Shown piece after piece: positions 39,141-48,854 of a DNA stretch of 64,000 nucleotides (positions are counted from its first letter, which is position 1; each line of letters opens with the position of its first letter). The notes below the pieces were generated by a model. It saw only the letters and a list, made by a program, of their open reading frames with translations. It did no database searches and was not told the DNA's origin. The stretch lies in the IMG/VR virus record IMGVR_UViG_3300033144_005510; one strand, given 5' to 3'. Source of the DNA: a virus. Its lineage: Duplodnaviria; Heunggongvirae; Uroviricota; Caudoviricetes. The translations under genes were made by a program, and so were the position numbers.

Positions 39141-39757
39141 TACATATACTCGTCTCTTGAAGGATTGTAAACATTCCCGCGAGCTGCACGAGAAACGCCT
39201 TCTGTGTTATACGACTTCTTGGCTTCATCCATTCTCTGAGACGCTGCCTGTGACATGATGGCTACGCCTTCATTGCCAGCTTCAGTTTGCTTTTGAATAA
39301 AATGACCAGCGCTCATTCTATTAATACATGCTGCATAAAGCTTAGATTCGGTTTTAAAAACAGCGCCGTTCTGAGCTGCATGTACTAGAGCAGAATGGAT
39401 AATCTTATTAGCATCATGCTCAGTTAATCCCGCATTGCGGAGCTGCTTAAAAGTTGCAACGACAATCTCTCGCTTTGCGACATCTTCAGTTCTGATGGTT
39501 TCTTCTTCGGGCACTGGTTCTACTTCTGATTCTGTCACTGGGGCATAATCGGTTGGAGTTTCAGTACTTTCGGCACGTTCAATTTGAGCGTTAACTACAG
39601 TTTCATGAATTTCGTTCAGCTCTCCGTCTATATATCTTTTAACAGTTTTTGGAGATCTATCAATAGCTTCCGCAATACTTTTTACAGAATCTCCTCGGCT
39701 AAGTCCACCTTGAATTGCCATTTTTTCAACATTTGTTAATCTTCCTGTATTAGCCAT
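39140..39757 (-). CDS. HTH DNA-binding protein (sigma-region-4-like), 205 aa
   Basis: GDSVKSIAEAIDRSPKTVKRYIDGE helix-turn-helix near the N-terminus. Confidence 0.4.
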   Translation of the reverse strand: MANTGRLTNVEKMAIQGGLSRGDSVKSIAEAIDRSPKTVKRYIDGELNEIHETVVNAQIERAESTETPTDYAPVTESEVEPVPEEETIRTEDVAKREIVVATFKQLRNAGLTEHDANKIIHSALVHAAQNGAVFKTESKLYAACINRMSAGHFIQKQTEAGNEGVAIMSQAASQRMDEAKKSYNTEGVSRAARGNVYNPSRDEYM

Positions 39758-39758
39758 T

Positions 39759-40247
39759 TTAAAAAGCCTCTCTTTCAGCGTTACGTAGATGCGCTGGATT
39801 CTTTGATTTTAGAAAATCCTTGTAAAAATTAAATACCCGTTGATTCACTTCATGATATTCAAACTCTCTTTTTCCTGAGTGATGTAGGAATTTATTGTGG
39901 CGTCCTTCATCCATGCCATTAGGATTGAACAATCTGCCGTTTGAAGCTCGCCGAATATAGTAATGAGAATTTCTACCATCGACACTTACTTCTTTGGCAA
40001 ATGCCAAATCTCGATCTTCTGCTAAAACATCATCAGACTCATCGCCCAAAATAGGGAAATCATGACCGTCGAGATAATCATGTTTACCAAAAACAGTGTA
40101 AACCGTTACGTTTCTATTAGGAGCTTTTCCCAAGTGTTTCTCAGCTGATACGATATTTTCTTCTTCTACCACATTATTAGGATGAAAAATTGCATTATCT
40201 ACATCTCTAACCCTAACAGACTGATTTTCTTGTAATTGTTTTTTCAT
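39759..40247 (-). CDS. hypothetical protein, 162 aa
   Basis: ORF only. Confidence 0.3.
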   Translation of the reverse strand: MKKQLQENQSVRVRDVDNAIFHPNNVVEEENIVSAEKHLGKAPNRNVTVYTVFGKHDYLDGHDFPILGDESDDVLAEDRDLAFAKEVSVDGRNSHYYIRRASNGRLFNPNGMDEGRHNKFLHHSGKREFEYHEVNQRVFNFYKDFLKSKNPAHLRNAEREAF

Positions 40248-40468
40248 TAATAAATCCTATCTAAAAAATCTTGTGCTTGTTTTTTGGCTTCTTCAAAATT
40301 ATTCCCAATAAAAGTAAACATTTTACTGGAACTTTCAACAGGAAAATGTACGACTTTTCCAGAAATTTCTTTTTCATGTATATTACAAGTCACTGTAATT
40401 ATTGCCTGATGAGGCGCATTTTCATTAATTTTTGTGTCCTCAATAGGACTTTTACTTACATGTACCAT
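40247..40468 (-). CDS. hypothetical protein, 73 aa
   Basis: ORF only. Confidence 0.25.
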   Translation of the reverse strand: MVHVSKSPIEDTKINENAPHQAIITVTCNIHEKEISGKVVHFPVESSSKMFTFIGNNFEEAKKQAQDFLDRIY

Positions 40469-40482
40469 TTGAATAATTTTCC

Positions 40483-40824
40483 TTATTCTAATTCACTTCT
40501 ATGTACGATTCTATCTCCTACTTGAACCCAGGATGGTTTACCATCGCTTTGCCGATACTCGTAATGCTTAGAATGAATTTCTGCTTTTTCATCTTCGCTC
40601 ATACTAGATGCCTGTTTATCAGCCCAAGACCCCAAGGTATTCGGCATATGGAAAGCTCCATAACCAAATAGTTGGTAAAAAGTTTTTTTCTTCTTACAAT
40701 GTGGGCACGACTTTGGTTCTTTTTCAGATTTCTCTGAAATTAAACAGGTAATGCTGAAGACTTCTCCACAGCCACCGTCTTCTGGATCACACAAGTATTC
40801 ATAGGTTGGCATTTGATTATACAC
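40483..40824 (-). CDS. FmdB-family zinc-ribbon protein
   Basis: MPTYEYLC...GC...CPHC is the FmdB/zinc-ribbon signature. Confidence 0.45.
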   Translation of the reverse strand: MYNQMPTYEYLCDPEDGGCGEVFSITCLISEKSEKEPKSCPHCKKKKTFYQLFGYGAFHMPNTLGSWADKQASSMSEDEKAEIHSKHYEYRQSDGKPSWVQVGDRIVHRSELE

Positions 40825-40850
40825 CGTTTTTTAAGTTAAAAATAAGGGTA

Positions 40851-40921
40851 AAAAATGACGGTTTTGGAGTTACATCCGCATCAGTTGAGAACCGCCAAAA
40901 ACTCACTTTTGTTTGCGGAAG
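40851..40921 (-). repeat. conserved structured leader element, copy B
   Basis: AAAAATGACGGTTTTG-9 nt-CATCCGCATCAGTTGAGAACCGCCAAAAACTCACTTTTGTTTGCGGAAG. Stem partner CCGCA/TGCGG covaries relative to other copies. Confidence 0.65.
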
Positions 40922-41103
40922 TAATTATGTAATTCTTTATTTTGAGCTTGATCGTCCCAAAAATCTTCTTTTTCTATATGACCATTCGTATACGCACAAA
41001 AACAGCACCATCCATTGCCATCAAAATATTCAATATATTCGTCTTCTAATAATCCACAATCGTGACAAGTTATAGGAGATTGACACACTTTTCTATTAAT
41101 CAT
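40903..41103 (-). CDS. small Cys-rich protein, 66 aa
   Basis: CHDCG...CCFC pattern. Confidence 0.3.
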   Translation of the reverse strand: MINRKVCQSPITCHDCGLLEDEYIEYFDGNGWCCFCAYTNGHIEKEDFWDDQAQNKELHNYFRKQK

Positions 41104-41662
41104 TTCTAACGCCCATCATCAATTTATAATGCTTAGGAATATAAGGCAACCATTCTGCCTGTAACATTTGCCAAGGTGCAAGTCCTAGTACGTAACTTCT
41201 TGGGTTTGGTTTTACTGGTTGTTTAAGTAGGACCAAATCCGTATCACTCAAAGGTTTATCTGCTTTTTTATGATTACATGGGTAGCAAGATGTAACAATA
41301 TTTTCCCATTTTGTTGGAGAACCTTTATATCTCCATTTACATTTAGGTATAACGTGATCGAATGTCAATTCTTCTATATTAAATTTAACACCACAATACT
41401 GACATGTCAACCTGTCTCTAATAAAAACATTCTTTTTTGAGAATGCCACATTCTTTTTAGCTGAAGGAACGTATTTTTTCAGTGTTACTACGGCGGGAAC
41501 TGGATGGTGGCTTCCGTCAGCCAGAAGTATATAATCTTCTTTATAATATTCTACCACACTTATGCTATTTTTGTAATGCAGAATCATAGCATCTTGCCAA
41601 GAAATAATTCCTATAGCAGAATAGTCCGCATTTAACACCAAACATCGTCGATGCTTACGCAT
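41096..41662 (-). CDS. HNH endonuclease
   Basis: CQYCG...FDHVIPKCKW...CYPCNHKK. Confidence 0.7.
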   Translation of the reverse strand: MRKHRRCLVLNADYSAIGIISWQDAMILHYKNSISVVEYYKEDYILLADGSHHPVPAVVTLKKYVPSAKKNVAFSKKNVFIRDRLTCQYCGVKFNIEELTFDHVIPKCKWRYKGSPTKWENIVTSCYPCNHKKADKPLSDTDLVLLKQPVKPNPRSYVLGLAPWQMLQAEWLPYIPKHYKLMMGVRND

Positions 41663-42389
41663 ACAGCTTTCCTAAATATTCTAAAAAATTGTCCTTAATG
41701 CCTTTGTATTTCTTTTGCTCGTCAGTCATTCCCATACAGGACTTGTATAAATCTGGAAGAATGGGGTCGACTATATATTGCCGTAAAATAAACAAAAAAC
41801 ACCCTAATTCGGGTAGGGGATAAGTTATTTGTTTTTCTACCTTAACTTTTATAAAAGGTTTCTTTGGATTAAATTCGGCTTTTGGCAGATCTGGATGGAA
41901 ATTAATCTTATCTTCAAAAATCGGCGACCAGACAAATCTTTGAAATGGCCCTTGTTTACTGGCAAGCTCCGCTACTTTGTAACTATTGTCTAAATTGATT
42001 CCAGGGATCGAAGCATGTATCTCACTAAGAGGTTTACCTATTTTTTCTTCTGGTCTCCAACTAGAAGGGAAACAGATATGAGTAGCCTCAAGGCAATCCC
42101 TACCATTAAATGCCGAATGTACAGCAATATCTTCCTGCAATTGCATTGCTATATTGGAAAAGGTATAAGGCTTTTTTACCCAGTCCGCATGTTCTTTTAC
42201 AATATCTTGAAGGCGAGTTAAAACACGACTTAAAAGAAAAGTATTGTTTGATAGATAGACCTGTTGATTCTCACAAGCCTTTTTCTTTTCTGCTATATAA
42301 TGCTCGTAATTTTCATCACGAACAAATGGAGACTGATCCAGCTTCTCCAGCTGTGGTAAAACACTATAACCTTTTTGATATGGATGCAT
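41655..42389 (-). CDS. hypothetical protein, 244 aa
   Basis: ORF only. Confidence 0.35.
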   Translation of the reverse strand: MHPYQKGYSVLPQLEKLDQSPFVRDENYEHYIAEKKKACENQQVYLSNNTFLLSRVLTRLQDIVKEHADWVKKPYTFSNIAMQLQEDIAVHSAFNGRDCLEATHICFPSSWRPEEKIGKPLSEIHASIPGINLDNSYKVAELASKQGPFQRFVWSPIFEDKINFHPDLPKAEFNPKKPFIKVKVEKQITYPLPELGCFLFILRQYIVDPILPDLYKSCMGMTDEQKKYKGIKDNFLEYLGKLYA

Positions 42390-42545
42390 TATTTCCTCTA
42401 GGCAATCCTAACACGATTACTTTAGCTGTTACATTCCTTTTCCTTTTATACCAGTATTAATAAACTTTTTATTAAACTAGCAATAAAAAACATGAACAAG
42501 AGAACCAGTATATTAAATAGTATCTGGAAACAGGCTTCCAAGATT

Positions 42546-43262
42546 TCACTCATTTATTTTACCAGTTTCCTTGAACTTGTAAAGGTTGCTTTTCCATTTA
42601 TCTATAATTTTACCAACCAAAGGATTTCTCTGATTGTCCTTATTGTCCAAGTGTACTACTGAGATTTCATCATCATTCTCGAATAAAGCACAAGCATAGG
42701 CAAATGCACCCTGATTATTCTTTAATAGGTCAGACTGAGAGGCATCACCCGTTAAAACCATTTTCGACTGCATTCCAAATCTAGTCAGCAACATTTCCAT
42801 TTGGTTGAAATCCAGATTCTGACATTCGTCGCAGACAATAAAGGAATCTTTAAAAGTTCTGCCCCTCATAAACCCAATGGGGGCAATTTCTAAAATGCCC
42901 TCATTCTGCCATGCAACAATTTCACTATTAGAAGCATATTCGGATAATTCATCTAGACAAGGGCGAACAAACGGGTTCATTTTCTTTTCAAGTTCCCCTG
43001 GTAAAAACCCAATCTGTTCACCAGCCTCTACAACAGGTCTAGCGATAATAATTCGCTGAACCTCACCTTTTCTTAAACTACTAACAGCCATACCAACTGC
43101 CAAGTGAGTTTTGCCTGTTCCTGCTGGACCTTGACAAATTACAATGTCCTTTGCAAGAATTTCTTTGATATAATGCCTTTGCCCAGGAGTTTTAGCAGAA
43201 GGCGAACGGTGCTTTGGTTGTTTTTCAGTTTTTCTAGACAATGCTGCAAGCTCCCCCTGCAC
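42546..43262 (-). CDS. phoH: PhoH-family ATPase
   Basis: VICQGPAGTGKTHLAVGMAV Walker A and overall PhoH-like layout. Confidence 0.75.
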   Translation of the reverse strand: MQGELAALSRKTEKQPKHRSPSAKTPGQRHYIKEILAKDIVICQGPAGTGKTHLAVGMAVSSLRKGEVQRIIIARPVVEAGEQIGFLPGELEKKMNPFVRPCLDELSEYASNSEIVAWQNEGILEIAPIGFMRGRTFKDSFIVCDECQNLDFNQMEMLLTRFGMQSKMVLTGDASQSDLLKNNQGAFAYACALFENDDEISVVHLDNKDNQRNPLVGKIIDKWKSNLYKFKETGKINE

Positions 43263-45567
43263 ATGAGATTTCTTGTTCTGGAGTTGTATTATCTTCGTAT
43301 TCTACAAGTGAGGTATAGTCCACAGATTCAAACGTTCTTCTAAGATCGTACCATCGTTTATAATTAAATACATCTTTCAAACAGTATGTAAGCCTTTGAT
43401 AATCACTATCAAAATACTTATCGGCAAATCTTCTAGACTTTTCCACAAATTCTTTTCTAGCCGCTGCAATTTTTAGATCATCAGACTTATCCATATTAAT
43501 ATCAAAATCATTTGACGGATTATAGTCTGGATTAGTAATTGCCAAACATGCTGTATACAACTGACCATTGAATGCTCTAATGGCTAATTCAATAAGGCCA
43601 GAAGTCCACAAAGCTGCCTCGCCATATTCTTTAGCGATCTGTCGAGAAGTGTAGACAGAACAGTAAGGAGCTTGAGGATAATCTTTATCACCACTGGTTC
43701 CAAGTAATGTGATACCAGTAAAATACTTTCTATTCTTATAGATAAAGTCAACTACCTCGTCCCACTCTTCTTCTGTGACTGTTACCGTATTTGAAACATT
43801 ATTCTCAATAAACGGCATAACACATTTATCTTTTCTTCTTCCTGCCATCACCCAGTTTTGCTGAGTGCTTTTAACCAATTTCAACATTTCTACTGCTGGC
43901 AATTGATTTTTGGTTTTAGCCCCGTCTGGAACTTCAATTGGGAAGTAGATAACATCATCGGTATTTGTAGCAGAATTTAGTGATGGTTCGCAAGCAGTTG
44001 GGTTTACAGACTTAAAGTATTGATAAACGTTCTCATCTACGTTAGCTTGTACTGTTCTAAGATAACGTACATAGTGATGTGAGTGAATACCAGTAGCCAA
44101 AGTACCCAAAATAAGGCTTCCAGTACCTTCTGGTTTCAAACATGTTCCACGAGCAAACAAGTTAATTCCGATTTTGGATGCGATATCTTTATTAACTTTC
44201 TTTACTAGAGAAGCAGCTTCACGTTGGACATCAGGATCTAGAACAACTTCATAATTATCCATCATTCCAGTCATCGAAACGCCCAGTAGAGCCTCTCGTC
44301 TGAAGATGTTCTCAGAAGTCTCTCCAAGATATTCTAGATTTGTAAAGCCAGCCTGTAGTGTTCCTACAATAGTCGCGGCCTTTACATTGTCCATAAACCA
44401 TGCTACTTTCTCTTCTTTCGTACTACCTCTTAGATTTGCACAATTAGTAGTTGAAAGATTGCAGCCTTGCCATCCAGATTTTAGACCAATCTTTTCGGGA
44501 TCACAGGTAATTGCTTCAGTTGAATGCTTTTCTTTCCATTTGTTGAACTTCTTTTCATCAACAATATCATAAGTAAAGAAGCCGATCTCAACACAAGGAT
44601 TGGGAACCATTTCTGGAGAATCGGACCAGTAAAATCCAGGTTCTCCAAATTGCTTAACACAATCAATTAGTTTTTCAAACTCTTCCTTCGTAGTTTGATT
44701 TCTAACAAGTAAAGCAGAAATATTAGCCCTACTTCTTTGAGGGTTTTCTGTCCACCAACTTCCAGTTTTAGATTGAGCCATTTCCATATCGTCTGCTGAA
44801 AACAAGGCGATGGTTGCAGACCGTCTGACACCACCACTTAAAACTGCGTCAGCAGTATGCATACAAATATCAAAAGCGTCGATTGGTCGAAGTCTTTTTT
44901 GACCACTATGAGTACAACGATTTAAGATATCTCTAATTTTATCCAGGGATTGATTAAGGCCTTCTGGACCAGGAGCTTTACCAGTTCCACTAGAAAGAGG
45001 AGCGCCTTTTGGTCTAATTTCAGAATAATCAAATTCTACTTCAACGTTAAGCCATTCCTCAAACTTTGGATCGGTTGCAACGCCAAGATAAGTTGTAAGC
45101 AAGATTCCAAGCGCGTCTGACCAACCTTCAATACTGTCAGGAATAGTATGTGTTACAACTTCTTTTGGAGAAAAATTCAACTCTGGAAGCTTTGCTACAT
45201 GATGTTTCTGAACTGAAAAACCAGCTCCACAGCCACACAGTAGAAGCCAAAAATATTCTTGGAAGAATCTGGGCCTATCACAATATGAAGCCACACAGTT
45301 GTAGATTCTGGCATTCTTTTTAAATGCAGGCTTACCGCCAAACTGAAGTGCTCGTTGAGAACCTAACATACGCTTCTTCTGCATCATGTCGTAGGCCCAG
45401 TTGATTTCTTCTTCTACGTCCTTGTCTTCATATTGAGTTAGCATCATATCCCTAACTCGATTCACAGCCTCATTCCATGTCTCTCGTCTGTTTTTATCTT
45501 CGATCCATCGTGCATACTTAGAAGTAAAAATATAATCTTGCAAAGCTTTAATTGTTGAAGTTGACAC
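43234..45567 (-). CDS. ribonucleotide reductase large subunit (probably class II/NrdJ-type; no beta subunit seen in window)
   Basis: Active-site NPCVEI and C-terminal redox Cys pair ...SCAGGACSIV. 777 aa. Confidence 0.65.
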   Translation of the reverse strand: MSTSTIKALQDYIFTSKYARWIEDKNRRETWNEAVNRVRDMMLTQYEDKDVEEEINWAYDMMQKKRMLGSQRALQFGGKPAFKKNARIYNCVASYCDRPRFFQEYFWLLLCGCGAGFSVQKHHVAKLPELNFSPKEVVTHTIPDSIEGWSDALGILLTTYLGVATDPKFEEWLNVEVEFDYSEIRPKGAPLSSGTGKAPGPEGLNQSLDKIRDILNRCTHSGQKRLRPIDAFDICMHTADAVLSGGVRRSATIALFSADDMEMAQSKTGSWWTENPQRSRANISALLVRNQTTKEEFEKLIDCVKQFGEPGFYWSDSPEMVPNPCVEIGFFTYDIVDEKKFNKWKEKHSTEAITCDPEKIGLKSGWQGCNLSTTNCANLRGSTKEEKVAWFMDNVKAATIVGTLQAGFTNLEYLGETSENIFRREALLGVSMTGMMDNYEVVLDPDVQREAASLVKKVNKDIASKIGINLFARGTCLKPEGTGSLILGTLATGIHSHHYVRYLRTVQANVDENVYQYFKSVNPTACEPSLNSATNTDDVIYFPIEVPDGAKTKNQLPAVEMLKLVKSTQQNWVMAGRRKDKCVMPFIENNVSNTVTVTEEEWDEVVDFIYKNRKYFTGITLLGTSGDKDYPQAPYCSVYTSRQIAKEYGEAALWTSGLIELAIRAFNGQLYTACLAITNPDYNPSNDFDINMDKSDDLKIAAARKEFVEKSRRFADKYFDSDYQRLTYCLKDVFNYKRWYDLRRTFESVDYTSLVEYEDNTTPEQEISCAGGACSIV

Positions 45568-45578
45568 AGTTTATTTCC

Positions 45579-45884
45579 CTATTCTTTCTCTTTGTCATCA
45601 CCATAGATTTCACGAAGAATCTTCTGGCCCTGTTCATCACTAGGCAAAGATTCTTTCTTTTGATTGTTATAACGCTGTTTCTTATTGTCGACGTTTTGTT
45701 TCTTTTTACGTCGCTTAGGTCGGCCTTGATGCCGATTGTAGAATTCCCACAATTTATGAGGATCGTCTGTTTTAAAAGTCTTCTTTTTGCCCGTGGGATT
45801 TCCTTCAGAATCTCTTACTAAAATCTCAATTTCATAAGGTTTTTCATCTGATGCTAATCTAACAAAATTTAATTCTTCTGACAT
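45579..45884 (-). CDS. hypothetical basic protein, 101 aa
   Basis: AGGAG RBS before ATG at 45884. Confidence 0.35.
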   Translation of the reverse strand: MSEELNFVRLASDEKPYEIEILVRDSEGNPTGKKKTFKTDDPHKLWEFYNRHQGRPKRRKKKQNVDNKKQRYNNQKKESLPSDEQGQKILREIYGDDKEKE

Positions 45885-45906
45885 TTCCTAATTCTCCTAA
45901 AATGGT

Positions 45907-45944
45907 AAAAAAAACCCACTATATACACAGATATACATAGCGGG
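45907..45944 (-). terminator. intrinsic terminator (CCCGCTAT-loop-ATAGTGGG + U8) on minus strand
   Basis: 8-bp stem with one mismatch, 14-nt loop, followed on the minus strand by TTTTTTTT. Lies ~22 nt before the 45884 start. Confidence 0.55.
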
Positions 45945-46150
45945 TATTATTTTTTAAAAGCGACACGGTTGTGTTTCGAAAGGCTAACAAAGGGTTCGTT
46001 TTCAACTGTTTAGTGAGTTTTAAACCGACATCTAGCAGGTTGCTTTATCTATATTGCACCACCAAACGAAACTATAACTGAGCTGGGTTGTGCCGCTTTA
46101 ACTTAACGTAGCTAATTAAGGTTTTAGCTAACTGTTCTTTAAGCCCAACT
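45945..46150 (-). ncRNA. candidate ~200-nt non-coding transcript bracketed by promoter and terminator
   Basis: No ORF longer than 9 codons. Upstream TTTACA-17-TATAAT on the minus strand and terminator at 45907-45944. Internal TTAGCTAA palindromic hairpin. Confidence 0.35.
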
Positions 46151-46157
46151 CATTCAT

Positions 46158-46186
46158 ATTATACACCGATGGGGCCAATCTGTAAA
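46158..46186 (-). promoter_or_regulatory. near-consensus sigma-70 promoter TTTACA-17-TATAAT (contains GGTGTATAAT motif)
   Basis: Minus-strand -35 at plus 46181-46186 and -10 at plus 46158-46163. Starts 8 nt after the dCMP deaminase stop. Confidence 0.5.
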
Positions 46187-46193
46187 GTGGTAT

Positions 46194-46691
46194 TTAGTTA
46201 GATTTTTCAATAATATTTAATGCCCTATCTACAGAGCCTGTATCAATTTTTATTTCTTTTATTTGTATTTTTCCAAATTTCAATAGATCTGAATACACTT
46301 TTCGTTGATGATCGGTGTAGTTTTCCATCATTGTGGCTTTACCTTTTGTTACAACAAAATCAATAACCCCATTTTGATAACAGGCTTTTAGGCATTCTAG
46401 GCACGGATGTCCATTAACATAGCAGGTAGCCCCATGTAGGGGCACCGTAGCATTATAAATAGCGTTAGCTTCGCTGTGGATCATCCAGTCGTATTTTAAA
46501 GGTCTGGTATTAGGCAGAATATCATCTGGCATATTTCTAGGAAAAGAATTATAACCTGTTGATAATATTTTTCTATCCCTAACCATAACACAGCCGCATT
46601 GCCATTGTGCGTCCTGGGATCTGGTGGCTACTAGCATAGCCTGGGTCATAAAATAATCGTCCCAATCGGGTATGTCAATATACTCGTGCAT
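46194..46691 (-). CDS. dCMP deaminase
   Basis: Zinc-binding HSEANAI ... HPCLECLK (H-x-E ... PC-x-x-C). Confidence 0.7.
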   Translation of the reverse strand: MHEYIDIPDWDDYFMTQAMLVATRSQDAQWQCGCVMVRDRKILSTGYNSFPRNMPDDILPNTRPLKYDWMIHSEANAIYNATVPLHGATCYVNGHPCLECLKACYQNGVIDFVVTKGKATMMENYTDHQRKVYSDLLKFGKIQIKEIKIDTGSVDRALNIIEKSN

Positions 46692-48763
46692 TATCTGTTC
46701 CTAATTTTTGATCCACCTAGCCAATTGCTAGAAGAACCGTTTCCTGATTTAACACATGCGAAATAAAATGGTTGATCTAATTTTGGTATTTTTACTGTTC
46801 GGCTATCTCCCAGCAACCAAGTTCCATTACTTGGATTTGAGTCGGAATAAATAGTACATCTTCCTTCAAATGTTTTTTCGCCTTCAAAGATATAAGGTTT
46901 AGAATCTCCGCTAATTTTAACGGTTACATTCTCCCATGTTGTACCTTCCATAATCGTTGGCCCGCAATAAGCAGCAGGAGTTCCTCCTCCATAAATACCA
47001 TATTTTGCATTGGCAATGTAATTGTCTTTTAAAACCATTTCTAAATGGCGGCCACTTTTCTTAATTACGTCTAAATACATTCCACGAATATTTGTCGTAT
47101 GAGCAGTAGGTCCAATCAGTTTATTTCCAATAATATTTGCTTTATTCAAGGAACAATGTAGCATTATCGCAGAGTTGGAAAAGATAACTTTCTCTTCCGA
47201 ACTAATGAGATTATTAGTGAAATTTAAGTTACCGTCCTTGCCTCCTGCGAGGATCACCATTTTGTGGTATCCATAATTATCAATTTCGTTAAGGAAAGAG
47301 TTTCCGTCAATATGAAAACCTCCTTTAGCAAGACCATTAACGAATAAAAATGCTTTTGTGCAATTTTGGACGATATTGCTTGTTATATTGTACTTACCCC
47401 CAGAATTGCCTACTAAAATTCCGTGTCCGTCTACAGTTGTAATAATATTATTATTTACTATTGCAGAACATTTAATATTCTTTGTTTTGGGTGTTGTGCA
47501 TTCTACAATAATTCCAGCATGTTCTTGTCCATTTGTGGCATCTGGACCAACGTCTCTAATAACATTGTTGGCTATGACCAATTGTTGGTGCTGTTGAATA
47601 CAAATACCAGCTCTTTTATTTGCTATTTGATATTTCTTTGTTTCTACACAGGTATTAACAATCGTATTACCAGTAATAGAACCTTTAATTCCACCAGGGT
47701 TATTATCACCATATATTGAATTATTGCAGTATATACCTGACCATCTGCAATTTTTTACTAAATTATTTGCACAGATAGCCTCATTAATATCTCTATTATT
47801 TCCATCAGCATTGCTTACGGCATAGTGGATTTCAATACCTTCTTTTCTATTAATAAGATTTCGGTCTTGAATTTCTACGAGATTTTTGTCGCATGTTACT
47901 ACCGTATTACCTGTGATAATTAACCCAGAATTAGGGCTAGTACATAGAATTCCTCCAAGATTATTTGATAATAACTTATTATTTGTTATTTCAATGTATC
48001 TAGTGACATCGGCTTCATAAGGACTTTGGGATTCTTGTACATAAATATCACATCCGTCCTCACCTCGGCTTACGTTATAATACAAAAGACAATTGTCGAC
48101 TTTTACGCACCAGCAATCTCGGAAAAGAATTGCCTTGTCAGTGGGAAAGCCCCATATATCGCAGTTAGAAACTTTGATATTATCAGATTTAAAACAGCCA
48201 ATAGCATATTCATTTTTAGTAGCTGATTCTGGGACATAACCTTGGGCATTTGTTCCAACTAACTGTAGACTGGAAATCTCAATATTATAGCAAGAATCAA
48301 ATCTAAATAAACCAGGGCGAGTTCCCAGATGCTTTTGAACAACTTTACTGGATTTTCCATCTCCTTTAATAACTATATTATTTGAGGAACTCCATTTCAC
48401 AGAACGGCTGAATTCATAAGTTCCAGCAGGAAAATAAATTCCCTTACCAGTACTAGCCAATTTTTCCAAAATTACCGTATTTTTTTCTAAATCTGCTTCA
48501 CTGATATTTTCGCCTTCTACTATACCTAAGTTACAGGCATTTTCTGGGCAGCATTGTGTTGTAGGAGGAGTGGGCGGAGGAGTCGGGTCTTGCGATTCTT
48601 TCTCTACATGTATGTGAGTAGTACCAGTTTCTATAGTAGTAGCGAAGCCTTGATTTGCTTTTTCTTTAGCGGCATCTAACGCTGACTGATAATTTGAGAA
48701 TTCTGTTACTTGTATATTAGTAGAACCGTACTCAAGACTACTATATTTTAAGAAGTATGACAT
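46691..48763 (-). CDS. right-handed parallel beta-helix repeat protein (candidate tail spike / polysaccharide depolymerase)
   Basis: Many N-x-x-G-x-I/V-T-G-N-type beta-helix repeats. Pro/Thr linker PTPPPTPPTT after an N-terminal ~75-aa domain. Confidence 0.45.
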   Translation of the reverse strand: MSYFLKYSSLEYGSTNIQVTEFSNYQSALDAAKEKANQGFATTIETGTTHIHVEKESQDPTPPPTPPTTQCCPENACNLGIVEGENISEADLEKNTVILEKLASTGKGIYFPAGTYEFSRSVKWSSSNNIVIKGDGKSSKVVQKHLGTRPGLFRFDSCYNIEISSLQLVGTNAQGYVPESATKNEYAIGCFKSDNIKVSNCDIWGFPTDKAILFRDCWCVKVDNCLLYYNVSRGEDGCDIYVQESQSPYEADVTRYIEITNNKLLSNNLGGILCTSPNSGLIITGNTVVTCDKNLVEIQDRNLINRKEGIEIHYAVSNADGNNRDINEAICANNLVKNCRWSGIYCNNSIYGDNNPGGIKGSITGNTIVNTCVETKKYQIANKRAGICIQQHQQLVIANNVIRDVGPDATNGQEHAGIIVECTTPKTKNIKCSAIVNNNIITTVDGHGILVGNSGGKYNITSNIVQNCTKAFLFVNGLAKGGFHIDGNSFLNEIDNYGYHKMVILAGGKDGNLNFTNNLISSEEKVIFSNSAIMLHCSLNKANIIGNKLIGPTAHTTNIRGMYLDVIKKSGRHLEMVLKDNYIANAKYGIYGGGTPAAYCGPTIMEGTTWENVTVKISGDSKPYIFEGEKTFEGRCTIYSDSNPSNGTWLLGDSRTVKIPKLDQPFYFACVKSGNGSSSNWLGGSKIRNR

Positions 48764-48854
48764 AATTATTAACCTTTTATGTGTGAATAATCCATATGGA
48801 TATGTTTTCGCTCTGCTTTACACTATATCATGAAAAGCGACCCTTGTCAACATT

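Noticed and set aside
40806-41075. 89-aa plus-strand ORF.
   Set aside because: Overlaps leader element copy B and two minus-strand genes. No RBS. Lone plus-strand ORF in a 45-kb minus-strand block.
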